From the NCBI GenBank assembly GCA_039815375.1, contig JBCBZJ010000012.1, positions 1 to 64,000 on the forward strand: 64,000 nucleotides of DNA. The letters are read 5' to 3'. The translations under genes were made by a program, and so were the position numbers. Below, one piece after another: positions 21,312 to 32,600 of this stretch (its first letter is position 1; each line of letters starts with the position of its first letter). The notes under the pieces were generated by a model. The model saw only the letters and a program-made list of their open reading frames with translations, ran no database searches and was not told the origin of the DNA. Origin of the DNA: Verrucomicrobiota bacterium. GTDB taxonomy: Bacteria > Verrucomicrobiota > Verrucomicrobiia > Opitutales > Coraliomargaritaceae.

Positions 21312-22248
21312 AGCATTGCGCAAGACACGTGCTGTCGAGGTCCTTGAACGTTCGCTCGCCAACAATCGTCTTGGCCACGGCATACTCCTGCACGGTGAGA
21401 GCATCGCAAGCCTGGAGCAGATCGTTCAGGCGATTGCAGCACAGCTTCTCGAAACAGACCGCGATCCGTATGAACATCCGGATTGCTTCACGCTTCGCCC
21501 CAGCGGCAAAGCACGCATGATTCGTGTCGGTGATTCCGATGAAGCAAACACCATGCGGCAAATCGTCATCAACATGCAAAAGTCCTCCAATCAGGGAGGA
21601 CGCAAGGTTGGTATCGTTTTCGAAGCCGACCGTATGAACCCGGCATCTGCCAACGCGTTCCTCAAAACCCTCGAAGAACCACCCGCCGGCACTACCCTTT
21701 TTCTACTTACCACACGCCCTTACGACCTGCTCGATACGATTCGTAGCCGCTGCCTCAACTTTCGTGTGCCTGCCACCATGGAAACCATTGATCACCCGAA
21801 TTGGAGCCAGTGGCGAGCCGACTATCATGAATGGCTTTCTCTCCTGATTCAGGGCCCGAATAAAGAAAGTATCCCACACATCGTGATGGCTGCCTATGGA
21901 CTGAATGCCCGCTTCCAGAGTATTCTCGCGGAAATCACCCGGAGCGCATGGCAAACCCGGAAAGGGGGGCTCCCCGAGCATGTCAGGAACGAAGAAAGAG
22001 ACGCGATGGAGACCGGCATGAGCAAAGGATTTCGTAAGCAGCTCCTTGGCGAAATTGAAAAGATGACTTCTACCTTCGCCCGCGATTTGGAGAAGGTGAA
22101 TCCTGGTCGCTTGCCCGCAACTGCTCTCAATCGCGCAACCGAAAGTCTTGAGAAATCCGCCGGGCTTCTTGAACTCAATTTTAACCAAGCCGCCGCGCTT
22201 GAACGCTTCTTCCTCACCTCCCTCCGCATCTGGTCTGCGGTGCGCTAG
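21286..22248 (+). CDS. holB: DNA polymerase III delta' subunit
   Basis: HPD, ANAFLKTLEEPP, TIRSRC; follows tmk. Confidence 0.85.
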   Translation: MLLSHALPEALRKTRAVEVLERSLANNRLGHGILLHGESIASLEQIVQAIAAQLLETDRDPYEHPDCFTLRPSGKARMIRVGDSDEANTMRQIVINMQKSSNQGGRKVGIVFEADRMNPASANAFLKTLEEPPAGTTLFLLTTRPYDLLDTIRSRCLNFRVPATMETIDHPNWSQWRADYHEWLSLLIQGPNKESIPHIVMAAYGLNARFQSILAEITRSAWQTRKGGLPEHVRNEERDAMETGMSKGFRKQLLGEIEKMTSTFARDLEKVNPGRLPATALNRATESLEKSAGLLELNFNQAAALERFFLTSLRIWSAVR

Positions 22249-22427
22249 CATGCCGAATGAAACAAATGAGTCTGATCATAAAAAGATCAACCGCTGAGAC
22301 CGCCGGGGGATTACGAAGTGAATCCGGTTGCCATCTCTTCCTAATAGGCTCTACCAAAGCTCTGCGGTTCGTTCAAGTTTTAGCATATCGGCCAACACCT
22401 CCGGCTGTCGTTATCCTCTAATCGATC

Positions 22428-23087
22428 ATGTGTGGACGTTACGCACTATGTGCGAATAAGAAACAACTTGCAGAAGCAATTGCATTGGCTCTGCCGGAAA
22501 CAATTAAGCCCGACTACAACATCGGCCCCGGCCGGGAAGTCCTCAGTGTCTCGAACGGCCTTGAAAAGGAAACACGCGCCAGCTTCATGCACTGGGGCCT
22601 AAAGACACCTCAGAATTTTCACATCAACGCACGTATCGAAACTGCAGATACGGCACCACGATTCCGCGAAAGCTGGGAGCACCATCGTTGCCTCATTCCA
22701 GCCAGTGGATTCTACGAATGGTATGCCGATGGCGTCACCAAACAGCCCTATTACATTTATCCGAAAGATCGAGGGGTCTCATTTCTTGCCGGACTTTGGT
22801 ATCCCTCTGCGAACGGCGAATATCCGGACACCTGTATTATCCTGACCACCACAGCAACTGAAACAGTCAATCAAGTCCACCATCGCATGCCGGTCATCCT
22901 AAAACCGGATGCAGGGAACGCATGGCTCAATAGCGACCTTTCAAAAGCCGAGACCATCTCACTCGCCAACGCAACGCCTTTCAAAAAGCACACCGTTTCG
23001 CGCCGAGTGAACAGCGTGAAAAACAACGACTGCAGCCTGATCGAGGCAACCACGCCGCTAAACGACGATCAGATGATGCTTTTCTAG
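22428..23087 (+). CDS. SOS response-associated peptidase (SRAP/YedK)
   Basis: MCGRY start, INARIET, RCLIPASGFYEW, HHRMPVIL. Confidence 0.93.
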   Translation: MCGRYALCANKKQLAEAIALALPETIKPDYNIGPGREVLSVSNGLEKETRASFMHWGLKTPQNFHINARIETADTAPRFRESWEHHRCLIPASGFYEWYADGVTKQPYYIYPKDRGVSFLAGLWYPSANGEYPDTCIILTTTATETVNQVHHRMPVILKPDAGNAWLNSDLSKAETISLANATPFKKHTVSRRVNSVKNNDCSLIEATTPLNDDQMMLF

Positions 23088-23165
23088 ACCTCGTAGAAAC
23101 GACCGCCCGGAGACGTCCGAATTGCCTCCGTGACGAACGGACAGAATGGAAACATCTTTCTTTGT

Positions 23166-23322
23166 TGAGAATGCGCAACTGAGTCTCAATAACAGGCAAA
23201 GTCTCGCTATTGAGACTCAGTTTCTTATAAATATTATAAATTACTGAAAATGTGATGTTTATGTCATTTTTTAGTGAGAATGCGCTTGAAGAATCAAATT
23301 AAACTGCTTCTTTATTGAGACT
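23166..23322. promoter_or_regulatory. AT-rich operator region with repeated TATTGAGACT / TGAGAATGCGC boxes upstream of the ferredoxin gene
   Basis: Perfect 15-bp inverted repeat 23177-23191 / 23208-23222; third TATTGAGACT at 23313; direct repeat TGAGAATGCGC at 23166 and 23275. Confidence 0.55.
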
Positions 23323-23356
23323 ATCAAAACGAACCAACTCTCAACCAAGGAAAATT

Positions 23357-23548
23357 ATGTATAGCATTAAACCAGATCTCTGCGTGATGTGTGACGCATG
23401 CCGCCCGGTTTGCCCACGCAATGCCATCAGTGCGCACGCGATTGAAAAGACCTACATCGTCGATGCTGAGCTCTGCAATGACTGCGCCAACATGGGCGCC
23501 GTTCGCTGCGTGCCTCAATGTCCGACCGACGCAATCGTTAAAGAGTAA
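23357..23548 (+). CDS. 2x[4Fe-4S] ferredoxin
   Basis: [12 protein letters not shown] and CNDC...CVPQCP. Confidence 0.9.
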   Translation: MYSIKPDLCVMCDACRPVCPRNAISAHAIEKTYIVDAELCNDCANMGAVRCVPQCPTDAIVKE

Positions 23549-23580
23549 TACCACCCATTTCTCCGGACGAACGAATTACT

Positions 23581-23612
23581 TGCCGCATTCCTTCGGGAAT
23601 GCGGCATTTTTT
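23581..23612 (+). terminator. Rho-independent terminator
   Basis: TGCCGCATTCC-TTCG-GGAATGCGGCA followed by T6. Confidence 0.9.
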
Positions 23613-23721
23613 ATGATCGTGCAGGCACCTCCGGCACCTCACAGATTATTCAACGGTTATAAGAGATCGTATACAGCGAGACGCTAGCTGCACCAGAAAG
23701 CGCACATCTGCCAGCTCAGGC

Positions 23722-24372
23722 TCAAACCGCACTCTGCGCCAGAAATATCAGTGCCTGACAGCGTGCGTCATTAAAGGCACAACTCCGGCGCTTTGACTCT
23801 TTCATGCTTCCATAGACCTTCCACCCACATGCACCGAGACAGGGGAGCGGCAAAAGGCCCATGTAGCCAAACACGTCATCAAGCGGATAGCCCAGAGCCA
23901 CTCCAATCTCATGTGGAATACTGCCATGTTGGTGCCAGCGCTCTTTCACTTCATCGACAAAAGAATCAGGACCGAGTGGGTAAGTGTAATCAAGCTTGGC
24001 TCCCATCACACAATAGGGAGCTTCATCAAGCACCGCTTGGAGGCGATCCTTCTGAAAAACGATGAACTTCAGCAACTGGTTGCTTTCAAAAAGTAGACGA
24101 TACTCGAAACCCCACATCCCAGCTAGTCGTTCAAGCCCCAGCTCGACTTCATCCGTTGTCATTTCGAACTCATCAAGACTCAGCGCCAGAAGCTCCCCGG
24201 TCTTTTCACTCAGAAATACACTGGATGCGTTCAGAAAGAGCCATTCGTCAAAGCGCTGCTGCTTCTCTTCAATATTCAACAGCGCAGCTCGCCAGTCTTG
24301 AAAAGGCTTCAAGTCGATTTTTTCTGCAAGCAACCTGCTCATTTGATGAGAGTGAGTCTTGATTGCAGACAT
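23722..24372 (-). CDS. DUF3793-family protein
   Basis: [17 protein letters not shown]...WKVYG. Confidence 0.75.
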   Translation of the reverse strand: MSAIKTHSHQMSRLLAEKIDLKPFQDWRAALLNIEEKQQRFDEWLFLNASSVFLSEKTGELLALSLDEFEMTTDEVELGLERLAGMWGFEYRLLFESNQLLKFIVFQKDRLQAVLDEAPYCVMGAKLDYTYPLGPDSFVDEVKERWHQHGSIPHEIGVALGYPLDDVFGYMGLLPLPCLGACGWKVYGSMKESKRRSCAFNDARCQALIFLAQSAV

Positions 24373-24431
24373 TACTCCCGCCTTTCAAGAAGAAAGACTT
24401 AAAGGCAGATCAAAGATTAGAACGGCTTATC

Positions 24432-24836
24432 CTAGCAATCTTCATTCGGGTTGTTCTGCCAGAAGGAAAAAACTGCGCCCACCGGGTCGGCAATCACCGC
24501 GAAGCTACCCATCGGTAAATCCGTCCGGGGAACCATGACTGACGCACCCAGCGAGATTGCCTTCGCAACGGAGGCATCAATATCCTCCGAGTTGATATAC
24601 TGCATCCAGCAGGGCTGCGCTGCGGCCTCGGCCGGCGCTTGCACACAACCGGCAGCCGGCTTGCCGTTGTTGTTGAAGATAACGTAACTGTTGCCGTCCG
24701 GCATCGGCATTTCCTCGGTCGTCCAGCCGAAGAGTTCGGTGTAGAATGCGATTGTTGCTGCCTTGTCCGTCGTCACGACTTCGTTCCAGCCGATCGTGCC
24801 GGGCAGTACTTCAGGGGTATTATTTTCTTCACTCAT
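24432..24836 (-). CDS. VOC/glyoxalase family protein
   Basis: [26 protein letters not shown]. Confidence 0.9.
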   Translation of the reverse strand: MSEENNTPEVLPGTIGWNEVVTTDKAATIAFYTELFGWTTEEMPMPDGNSYVIFNNNGKPAAGCVQAPAEAAAQPCWMQYINSEDIDASVAKAISLGASVMVPRTDLPMGSFAVIADPVGAVFSFWQNNPNEDC

Positions 24837-24950
24837 GTTTTTTTAATTTTGAAGTTACATTTTCAAAGTGAAATACAAAATTAGGAAAAGCAGGGAGTTA
24901 AACGATTAAAAAGTAAGCCCCTGCAGTTACATTTCTGCGACAAGACCCTG

Positions 24951-25499
24951 ATGAAAACCTTTGAAGCAGCCACTGAGTTTGTCCTGAAACACAAAGTTGT
25001 CACCGTGTTTGGCAGCAAGAACTCTCCCTATCCTTCACTCTGGAACAACACCGACCTGTCCGAAGAGAAGCCGGCCGAGGGCGGCTGGAATCCAAAAGTC
25101 ACTGCCGTCTGGGACTGGAAAACCCGGATCCCGCAAACCTTTCCGGATGAGATCTTTTACGGCAAAGTGCCCGGAGGCGATGCCGTGCTGATGACCATGG
25201 AGTATCTTCGGGAAGTGCACTACCCCGCAGCCTTCAAACCGGTTTCGCAGCTCCCCGAACTCTGCCGGAAAGTCTACGAATGTATCCGGGTCGAGCCATT
25301 ATATACGGGCGATCTACGCAAGCACGCCGTCGCAGAATTTCACACCACAAAGAGTCGCTTCGACACTGCATTGAAGAAGCTCCAGATCAGCCTGAACATC
25401 GTCCGTTCCATGGACCCGGATGTAGAGAATGACCTCTGGCTGCCATTTCATGAGATACATCTTGATATTGTGGAACGTTACCCGGACTTACAGGATTGA
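24951..25499 (+). CDS. Hypothetical protein (AlkZ-related wHTH-like)
   Basis: PSLW, WDWK, FYGKV, FDTALKKLQ. Confidence 0.55.
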   Translation: MKTFEAATEFVLKHKVVTVFGSKNSPYPSLWNNTDLSEEKPAEGGWNPKVTAVWDWKTRIPQTFPDEIFYGKVPGGDAVLMTMEYLREVHYPAAFKPVSQLPELCRKVYECIRVEPLYTGDLRKHAVAEFHTTKSRFDTALKKLQISLNIVRSMDPDVENDLWLPFHEIHLDIVERYPDLQD

Positions 25500-25921
25500 T
25501 ACGGTTCACATGAAGGCTCATTCCCACCGCCCTTTCATCTGGACTGACCTCTTCACATTTGACGTCGGCCAAGTGAAGTAGTCCTAAAAGCAAGTGTTGG
25601 ACTGGCAATTGGAAGGTACAGGTGGCGACCACTGGAACAAGCAGGCCGGCGAAAATCAGCCCCCCCTTGATTACCTTTTCACTAACAACGGTTCATTCGC
25701 CAGGTTTACTTGGAGCAATAATTTTTTGTGAGGAGATCCTCACCTTCACAAGCGAAAGACTTTGATGAGCTTCGCGAAAAGGTAAAGAACTACTGAAGTT
25801 ACACTTTGACTAGTCCGATCCGGCCACCCCTTGGTGCATTTCCTGCTAAGAGAAGAGCTTAAAGCGAAAAATGCCTTGATTGACAGGAGAGGGTGAACCG
25901 CTTGTTTAACCCGCAAATTAC

Positions 25922-28687
25922 ATGAGTTTAAGAGAGTCATTTATCACGACCAAAGAAGTTCTCGGGAAGCCCTACGAGGATCTGGAGTTCTTGCTCTGCA
26001 GCCTGAAAAGCGTGCTCGAGAAAAACGGCGAGGCGGAGATTGCCGGGGCGATCCCATGGATCAGCGAGAAAGACCCGACGATCGACGGAATCACGCCGAA
26101 GCACATCCAGCTCTACTCAATGATTTTTCACCTCGTGAATATGGTGGAGATTAACGCAGCCGTGCAGGCGCGCCGCTCGAAAGAGGATGAGTCGCTGGAC
26201 TCAGTTAACGGGCTCTGGGGAATCAACATCAAGGAGCTGGTGGACGCCGGGCTTTCTCAGGAAGACATCATGGATGCGCTTGGAGAAGTCATTATCGAGC
26301 CCGTCCTCACTGCCCACCCAACTGAAGCAAAACGCGCAACCGTTCTTGAGCACCACCGCGAGCTTTACGTGTTACTCGTCAAGCGCGAGAACACGATGTA
26401 TACGGAAAACGAGATCCGACACGTCGACCATAATATTGAACAGGCCCTCTACCGACTCTGGAAGACCGGTGAAATCTACCTTGAGAAACCCGACATTCAG
26501 GACGAGCTCCGCAATATCCTGCACTACCTCGTCAACGTCTTCCCTGAAGTCATTTCGATAATTGATCGCCGCCTGCTTCAAGCCGTCCAGTTCAGCGGCA
26601 TGGACCTGGAAGCCTTTTGTGCAAGTCACAGCTTCCCGAAAATCAGCTTTGGCGACTGGGTCGGCGGCGACCGCGACGGGCATCCACTCGTGACTGCGAA
26701 AGTGACTCAGGAGACGTTGCTCCAACTGCGGCTTAATGCCTTTGTCGTCATCCGCCGCAAACTCATCCACCTCGTCAAGCGCATGAGCTTCAGCATTTCG
26801 TTTGAGAAGACGGAGGAGGCCCTACAATCGCGCATTCAGGAAATGCTGGACGAAACCGGCCCAGGCGGCCGCGAGAGCTTCGACCGAAATAAAGGAGAGG
26901 CCTTCCGCCAATTCATCAGCCTGATGCTGCACAAGCTCCCGGTGGAATCGATCCGTGGGCATGCAACCAAGCTCCTTGATGTGGAGGGTGCCTACATCCA
27001 CTCACAGCAGCTAAAGGATGATCTTTCCCTTCTTCAGTCGTCTCTCATTGAATACGGCGCAAAATCTGTCGCTTACGATGATGTCGTTACAGTAATGAGG
27101 GTAGTTGAGGCCTTCGGCTTCCACCTCGCCGCCCTGGACATTCGCCAGAACAGCGCCTTTCACGATAAAGCGATCGAGCAACTCCTTGAAGCCTCACGCG
27201 CCAAAGAAACCGATTTTGGCAACTGGGAAGAAGCCAAACGTATCAAGTTTTTAAACAAAGAGCTCGAGTCTGCCCGCCCCTTCACTGCCTTAAAAGCACA
27301 GCTCGGCCCGGAAGCTCAGGCCGTGGTGGAATGCTACCGTGTGATTGCCACCCATACCCGCAAGTTCGGCACAAACTGTATCGGCTCCTTTATCGTCAGC
27401 ATGACGCGCTCTGTCTCCGATCTGCTCGCCGTCTATCTACTCGCTCGCGAAGTCGGGCTGACCGAAATGACAGAAGAAGGCCAGTATTGTGAAATACCGG
27501 TCGTGCCTCTGCTCGAAACCATAGAAGATCTTGAGAACGGCACAGATATTCTGCGCGACTTTCTTGCCCATCCTGTGACTCGACGCACCCTCGCTCAGCA
27601 GCAGGAAAAGAACGGCACAAAGCAGCCGATCCAGCAGGTCATGGTTGGCTACAGCGATAGCAATAAAGACGGCGGTATCCTCGCCAGCCAGTGGGGCCTC
27701 TACAAAGCACAATATGCACTCAGCGAAGTCGGAGACGACGCTGGTGTGAAAATACGCTTCTTCCACGGCAAGGGTGGCTCGATCAGCCGCGGTGCCGGAC
27801 CAACGCACTACTTTATCAAGGCTCTGCCTTACGGCGCACCCAATGGAGACATCCGTCTGACCGAACAAGGCGAAACCATTGCCCAGAAATACGGCAATCC
27901 AGTTAATGCCGCCTATAACCTTGAGCTGCTCGCTGCCAATACACTGAGCAAATACCTCAAGGACCAAAAGTTCGAGCGCGCCTTCCATCCGCTGGCAGAT
28001 GTCATCGATTGGCTGGCCATGAGCTCTCAGAAACACTACGACGCGATGCGCAGTAAAGAGGGCTTCATCACTTTCTTCCGAAGCGCTACTCCGATTGATG
28101 CAATTGAGATGAGCAAGATCGGTTCCCGCCCGGCCAAGCGCACCGGCATGAACACACTCGACGACCTCCGCGCCATCCCCTGGGTCTTCTCATGGAGTCA
28201 GGCACGCGCCCACATGACGAGTTGGTTCGGCGTCGGCAGCGCGCTGGAGGAGCTAAAATCCGAGAACCTTGAGAGCTATGAAAAACTCCATGCCTCGCTG
28301 AAGAAAGACTCCTTCGTGCGCTACGTCTTCACCAACGTCGATACCAGCCTCGCCGCTACAGATGAGGATATCTTCCAGCTCTATATCGACCTGGTTGAAG
28401 ATAATGCCCTTCGCGATAAGTTCTGCCGTATCTTCATGGACGAGCTCGCACTCACCCGACGCCACTTGAAAACGCTCCTCAACCGACCGATTGAAGAACG
28501 TCGAAGAGGTCACCACTACTCGAACCTACTTCGCGCCTCGCTTATGAGACCGCTGCACGAGAAACAAGTCGCGCTGCTTCGGAAATGGCGTGCACAGAAG
28601 GCCAGCGAAGACGTTGACGAGAATATTCAGACCGAACTGTTGATGACCATCAACGCCCTCTCCGGCGCGATGCGGAATACGGGGTAA
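25922..28687 (+). CDS. ppc: Phosphoenolpyruvate carboxylase
   Basis: VLTAHPTE, WVGGDRDGHP, MVGYSDSNKDGG, LRAIPWVFSW, MRNTG. Confidence 0.97.
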   Translation: MSLRESFITTKEVLGKPYEDLEFLLCSLKSVLEKNGEAEIAGAIPWISEKDPTIDGITPKHIQLYSMIFHLVNMVEINAAVQARRSKEDESLDSVNGLWGINIKELVDAGLSQEDIMDALGEVIIEPVLTAHPTEAKRATVLEHHRELYVLLVKRENTMYTENEIRHVDHNIEQALYRLWKTGEIYLEKPDIQDELRNILHYLVNVFPEVISIIDRRLLQAVQFSGMDLEAFCASHSFPKISFGDWVGGDRDGHPLVTAKVTQETLLQLRLNAFVVIRRKLIHLVKRMSFSISFEKTEEALQSRIQEMLDETGPGGRESFDRNKGEAFRQFISLMLHKLPVESIRGHATKLLDVEGAYIHSQQLKDDLSLLQSSLIEYGAKSVAYDDVVTVMRVVEAFGFHLAALDIRQNSAFHDKAIEQLLEASRAKETDFGNWEEAKRIKFLNKELESARPFTALKAQLGPEAQAVVECYRVIATHTRKFGTNCIGSFIVSMTRSVSDLLAVYLLAREVGLTEMTEEGQYCEIPVVPLLETIEDLENGTDILRDFLAHPVTRRTLAQQQEKNGTKQPIQQVMVGYSDSNKDGGILASQWGLYKAQYALSEVGDDAGVKIRFFHGKGGSISRGAGPTHYFIKALPYGAPNGDIRLTEQGETIAQKYGNPVNAAYNLELLAANTLSKYLKDQKFERAFHPLADVIDWLAMSSQKHYDAMRSKEGFITFFRSATPIDAIEMSKIGSRPAKRTGMNTLDDLRAIPWVFSWSQARAHMTSWFGVGSALEELKSENLESYEKLHASLKKDSFVRYVFTNVDTSLAATDEDIFQLYIDLVEDNALRDKFCRIFMDELALTRRHLKTLLNRPIEERRRGHHYSNLLRASLMRPLHEKQVALLRKWRAQKASEDVDENIQTELLMTINALSGAMRNTG

Positions 28688-28695
28688 ATCAGACG

Positions 28696-29040
28696 CTATG
28701 GCGCAGCACCAAAAGTAAATGTGCCACTCGTCGAAAAGGCCCCTGCTGTACCGGGGTTGCCAGTTCCTGTGAAAGTCCCGCTATCCGTGGTCTCGAAAAT
28801 CAAGTTTAGCAGCAATGGGATCACAGTAACGGACTCCACGTAAAAGCGCACACGATAAGCCTCCTGAGTCCAGAAGTAAAAACTCAGATTGCCGGGGGCG
28901 TCCGAGTCCAAGCCGGCGCTGCCGTAGCTTCCCGGGACGTCACCTGCAGGGCTAGTGATTGTATATCGTATCGCGGGCCCACCCGTAATGTTCAAAACAA
29001 GTTCTTGTTCTACGGCGTCCGAGTTCGTTTTGCAAGCATC
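28696..29040 (-). pseudogene. Probable 3' fragment of an exported protein gene whose 5' end abuts a REP
   Basis: Gly/Thr-rich, beta-strand-like ORF whose called start lies inside the REP at 29041-29069. Confidence 0.35.
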
Positions 29041-29069
29041 GCGGACGTGTGAGGGCACACGTCCCTACC
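29041..29069 (-). repeat. GTAG-REP upstream of RAYT
   Basis: Reverse complement GGTAG-GGACGTGTG-CCCT-CACACGTCC. Confidence 0.9.
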
Positions 29070-29125
29070 AAATTAAAGCCAAACAGACTTGATGCCAAAA
29101 ACGTTATTCCGGATGCTTCTGCAAC

Positions 29126-29575
29126 ATGGCGCGGACGGAAAGAAGATGGCTGTATCATAATACGCCGAGTTGGATTCGACCCGATAATGAACGGTTCTTC
29201 ATCACAATCTGTTGCAAAGAGCGCGGACGTGAGCAGCTCACTCAACCGAAGGTTGCAGAAGGTATCTTTGCTTCAATCGATTTCGGGCAGGAGCGAGGCG
29301 ACTGGCATATGCGCCTTCTTCTACTGATGCCCGACCATCTTCATATGATTGCCTCGTTTCCTGACCATATTGCATCCATGTCGAAATCGATCAGCGACTG
29401 GAAACGCTTGATGGCTCGTCGGCATAAGATCGTCTGGCAAAAGGCATTCTTTGATCACCGATTGCGGAGCGATGCGGCGCTGGATGAGAAAGCAGCTTAC
29501 ATTCGAATGAATCCGGTTCATGCAGGACTGTGCAAAAAGCCGGAAGACTGGCCCTATGCTTGGGAACAATGGTAG
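29126..29575 (+). mobile_element. REP-associated tyrosine transposase (RAYT/TnpA-REP, HUH Y1 family)
   Basis: FFITIC, LMPDHLH (HUH), WQKAFFDHRLR, YIRMNPVHAGL, DWPY; flanked by REPs. Confidence 0.92.
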
Positions 29576-29646
29576 GGACGCCTGCCCCCAGGCGTCCGCC
29601 AAACCACGACGATGAAACCGGACGTGTGAGGGCACACGTCCCTACC
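29571..29646. repeat. Inverted REP pair downstream of RAYT
   Basis: GGTAGGGACGCCTGCCCCCAGGCGTCCGC (29571-29599) and an inverted TGTG-type REP (29619-29646). Confidence 0.9.
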
Positions 29647-32600
29647 TCAGCCGAACTAGCAGATCCTTCGAGTCGACTTGGTCGCCGGCCTGGACTTCGA
29701 TCACGTCGACAACGCCATCAGCGAGGGCATAAACCGTGGTCTGCATCTTCATCGCTTCAAGCACGCAAAGCTTTTCCTTTTTCTTGATCTTCTGGCCAAC
29801 GGAGACGGAAACAGCACTGACCATGGCAGGAATGGGAGCGCCAACCTGCATCTTATCGGCGGGGTCGGCCTTCGTGCGCTTCTTCGTGTCGGTCTTGATC
29901 GACTTGTCGAGGATAACACATTCGCGGGCACGTCCATTCAGCTCGAAGGTCAGGGTGCGTTCGCCGTCTTCGTTAGGCTCGGAAACGTAAATCAGTTTCA
30001 CAATGAGCGACTTACCCTCCTCGATTTCGACAGTGATTTCCTCACCTGGCTTAAGCCCGTAGAAGAACGCGGGCGTGGGCAAGACGCGGGCGTGGCCATA
30101 GTTGTCGACATGCTTGATCAGGTCCGCAAAAACCTGCGGATACATGAGATAGGCATAAAGGTCGTCGTCACCAATCTCACGCTTATATTTCGTCACAAGC
30201 TCTTTACGCGTGGCTTCAAGATCGACCTTCTCGGCACGAGTGCCGGGCCGGCCTTTAAAGGGCTTCTTGTCACCCAACACCACCTTTTGGACTTTCTTCG
30301 GCCAGCCGCCCTTGGGTTGGCCGAGGCCACCGGAAAGCATATCGACGACAGACTCAGGGAAAGCAGTGCCGGGCTCGAGATTGACGAGATCGGCCGGCTC
30401 AACGCCTTTATTGAGAAGGAACATGGAGAGGTCGCCGACAACCTTGGAGGACGGAGTCACCTTGACGATGTCGCCGAGGATGAGATTGACCTCATGATAG
30501 TAGCGTACGACTTCCGGCCAACGGGTGCCAAGACCGAGAGCGCGTGCCTGCTCGCGCAGGTTTGTGTATTGGCCGCCAGGCATCTCGTGGGTGTAAACTT
30601 CAGCCGAGCCAAACTTCGGACTAGTGTCGAAGGGCTCGTAGTATTGCCGGATGGCCTCGTAGTAAATAGAGAGCTCGTTGAGGAAATCGAGGTTGAGCTT
30701 GGTATCACGCTTGTCACCGCGCAGGGCGTTGACAATGGAGTTCAGGTTCGGCTGGGAGGTAAGTCCAGAGAGCGATGAAACAGCAAGATCAACAGCGTCG
30801 ACTCCTGCTTCGGCGGCCTTGATGATAGATGCACCTGCAATGCCGGACGAGTCGTGCGTGTGGAAATGAACCGGCAGGTCGGTTTCATCGCGCAAGGCCT
30901 TAACGAGCTTGAACACAGCATGCGGGGTGCAGAGGCCGGACATGTCCTTGAGCGCAATAATGTGTGCACCCATCTTCTCGAGCTCCTTTGCGATATCGAC
31001 GTAATATTTGAGCGAATACTTGTCGCGCTGTTTATCGAGGATGTCGCCGGTGTAGCAGATGGTGCCTTCACAGACGGAGTTGGTGTCCTTGCGGATTGAC
31101 TCCATCGCAACCTTCAGATTCGGCAGGTAGTTGAGCGAATCAAAGACGCGGAAGATATCCATGCCCGACTCGGCAGAGTGCTTAATAAAGCCGCGGATAA
31201 CATTGTCCGGGTAGTTCGAGTAGCCCACGCCGTTGGCACCGCGGAGCAACATCTGGAAACAGACGTTGGGGATGCGTTCCCGCAGGCGGCGAAGGCGCTT
31301 AAACGGGTTCTCATGCAGGAACCGCATGGAGGTGTCGAAGGTGGCACCACCCCAGCATTCGACCGAGAAAAGATCGCCTGCGCGTTGGGCCACAGCGTCA
31401 GCTACCTTGAGCTGGTCATAGCTACGCATGCGGGCAGCGAGCAAAGACTGGTGCGCGTCACGCATCGTCGTATCGGTCACGAGGAGCTTCTTCTGTTTAC
31501 GGGTCCACTCGGCAAATTTTTCCGGCCCATGCTTGGTCAGGTAGTCCTTTGTCCCCTTCGGCAACTTGTGGGTGTGATCGTGCTCCGGAATGATGAGCGG
31601 TAAGTCCATCGCGGGGACGGGGCGCCCTTTGACCTGGTCGTTGCCGTTTACGATAGTTTCCCCGAGAAGCTTGAGCAGCTTGGTCGCGCGGTCACGGCGG
31701 CGCTTGAAATTGAACAGTTCTTTCGAGGTGTCGATCAGCGTAGTCGTCGCCTTGCCCGAGACAAAGATCGGATGGTTAATCACATTCTCAATAAAGGGAA
31801 TGTTGGTCTTCACCCCGCGAATCCGGAACTCGCGAAGCGCCCGATCCATCCGCTGAATCGCATCTTCGAAGCACCCTGCCGAAGCAGTGAGCTTGACCAG
31901 CAGGGAGTCGTAGTAGGGCGTGATGACTGCACCCGTGTCACCCATCGCGCCATCGAGACGTATACCGAAGCCGGCCGCCGAGCGGTAGTTGACGATCTTA
32001 CCGTAATCGGGTGCAAAGTTCTTTTCCGGATCTTCAGTCGTGATGCGGGCCTGGATGGCGACCCCGTTACGCGGGATATTCTCCTGCTTCGGAATGCCGA
32101 CCTTTTTGGAGTGGAGACCGTGACCCTGCGCAATAAGCACTTGGCTACGCACGATATCTATCCCCGTAATGACTTCAGTCACTGTATGCTCCACTTGGAT
32201 GCGCGGGTTCATCTCGATAAAGAACCACTCGTCAGTATCGAGGTCGTAAAGAAACTCTACCGTTCCTGCGCTGTAGTAGCCAATCGACTTGGCGATCTGC
32301 ACGGCTGCATCACAAAGGTCGGCACGGACTCCGTCGGGTAGACCGATAGACGGCGCAATCTCGACGACCTTTTGATGGCGGCGTTGAACCGAGCAGTCGC
32401 GCTCGTGGAGGTGAACAACGTTCCCCTTCTTGTCGCCAAGGATTTGCACCTCAATGTGCTTCGCACGCTCGATGTAGCGCTCGAGAAAAACCGAAGCGTT
32501 ACCAAAGGCACGTTGCGCTTCGCCCTGTGCTTCTTCAAGAGAAGCCTTCAAATCTTTCGGGTCTTTGACCACGCGCATGCCCCGGCCACCACCGCCGAAG

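Noticed and set aside
22249..22427. LexA box upstream of SRAP
   Set aside because: No convincing palindromic SOS box was seen
25500..25921. Possible ncRNA/riboswitch upstream of ppc
   Set aside because: No recognisable conserved motif or convincing structure by eye; an Infernal/Rfam scan would be needed
29126..29575. Ordinary IS200/IS605 element
   Set aside because: No tnpB; RAYT-type motifs (MPDHLH, WQ..FFDH, NPV.AGL) and dispersed GTAG-REPs fit a RAYT
29678..30778. 366-aa + strand ORF and similar long ORFs opposite tkt, glgP, prfB and the sigma operon
   Set aside because: Antisense shadows of well-supported genes with biased codon usage
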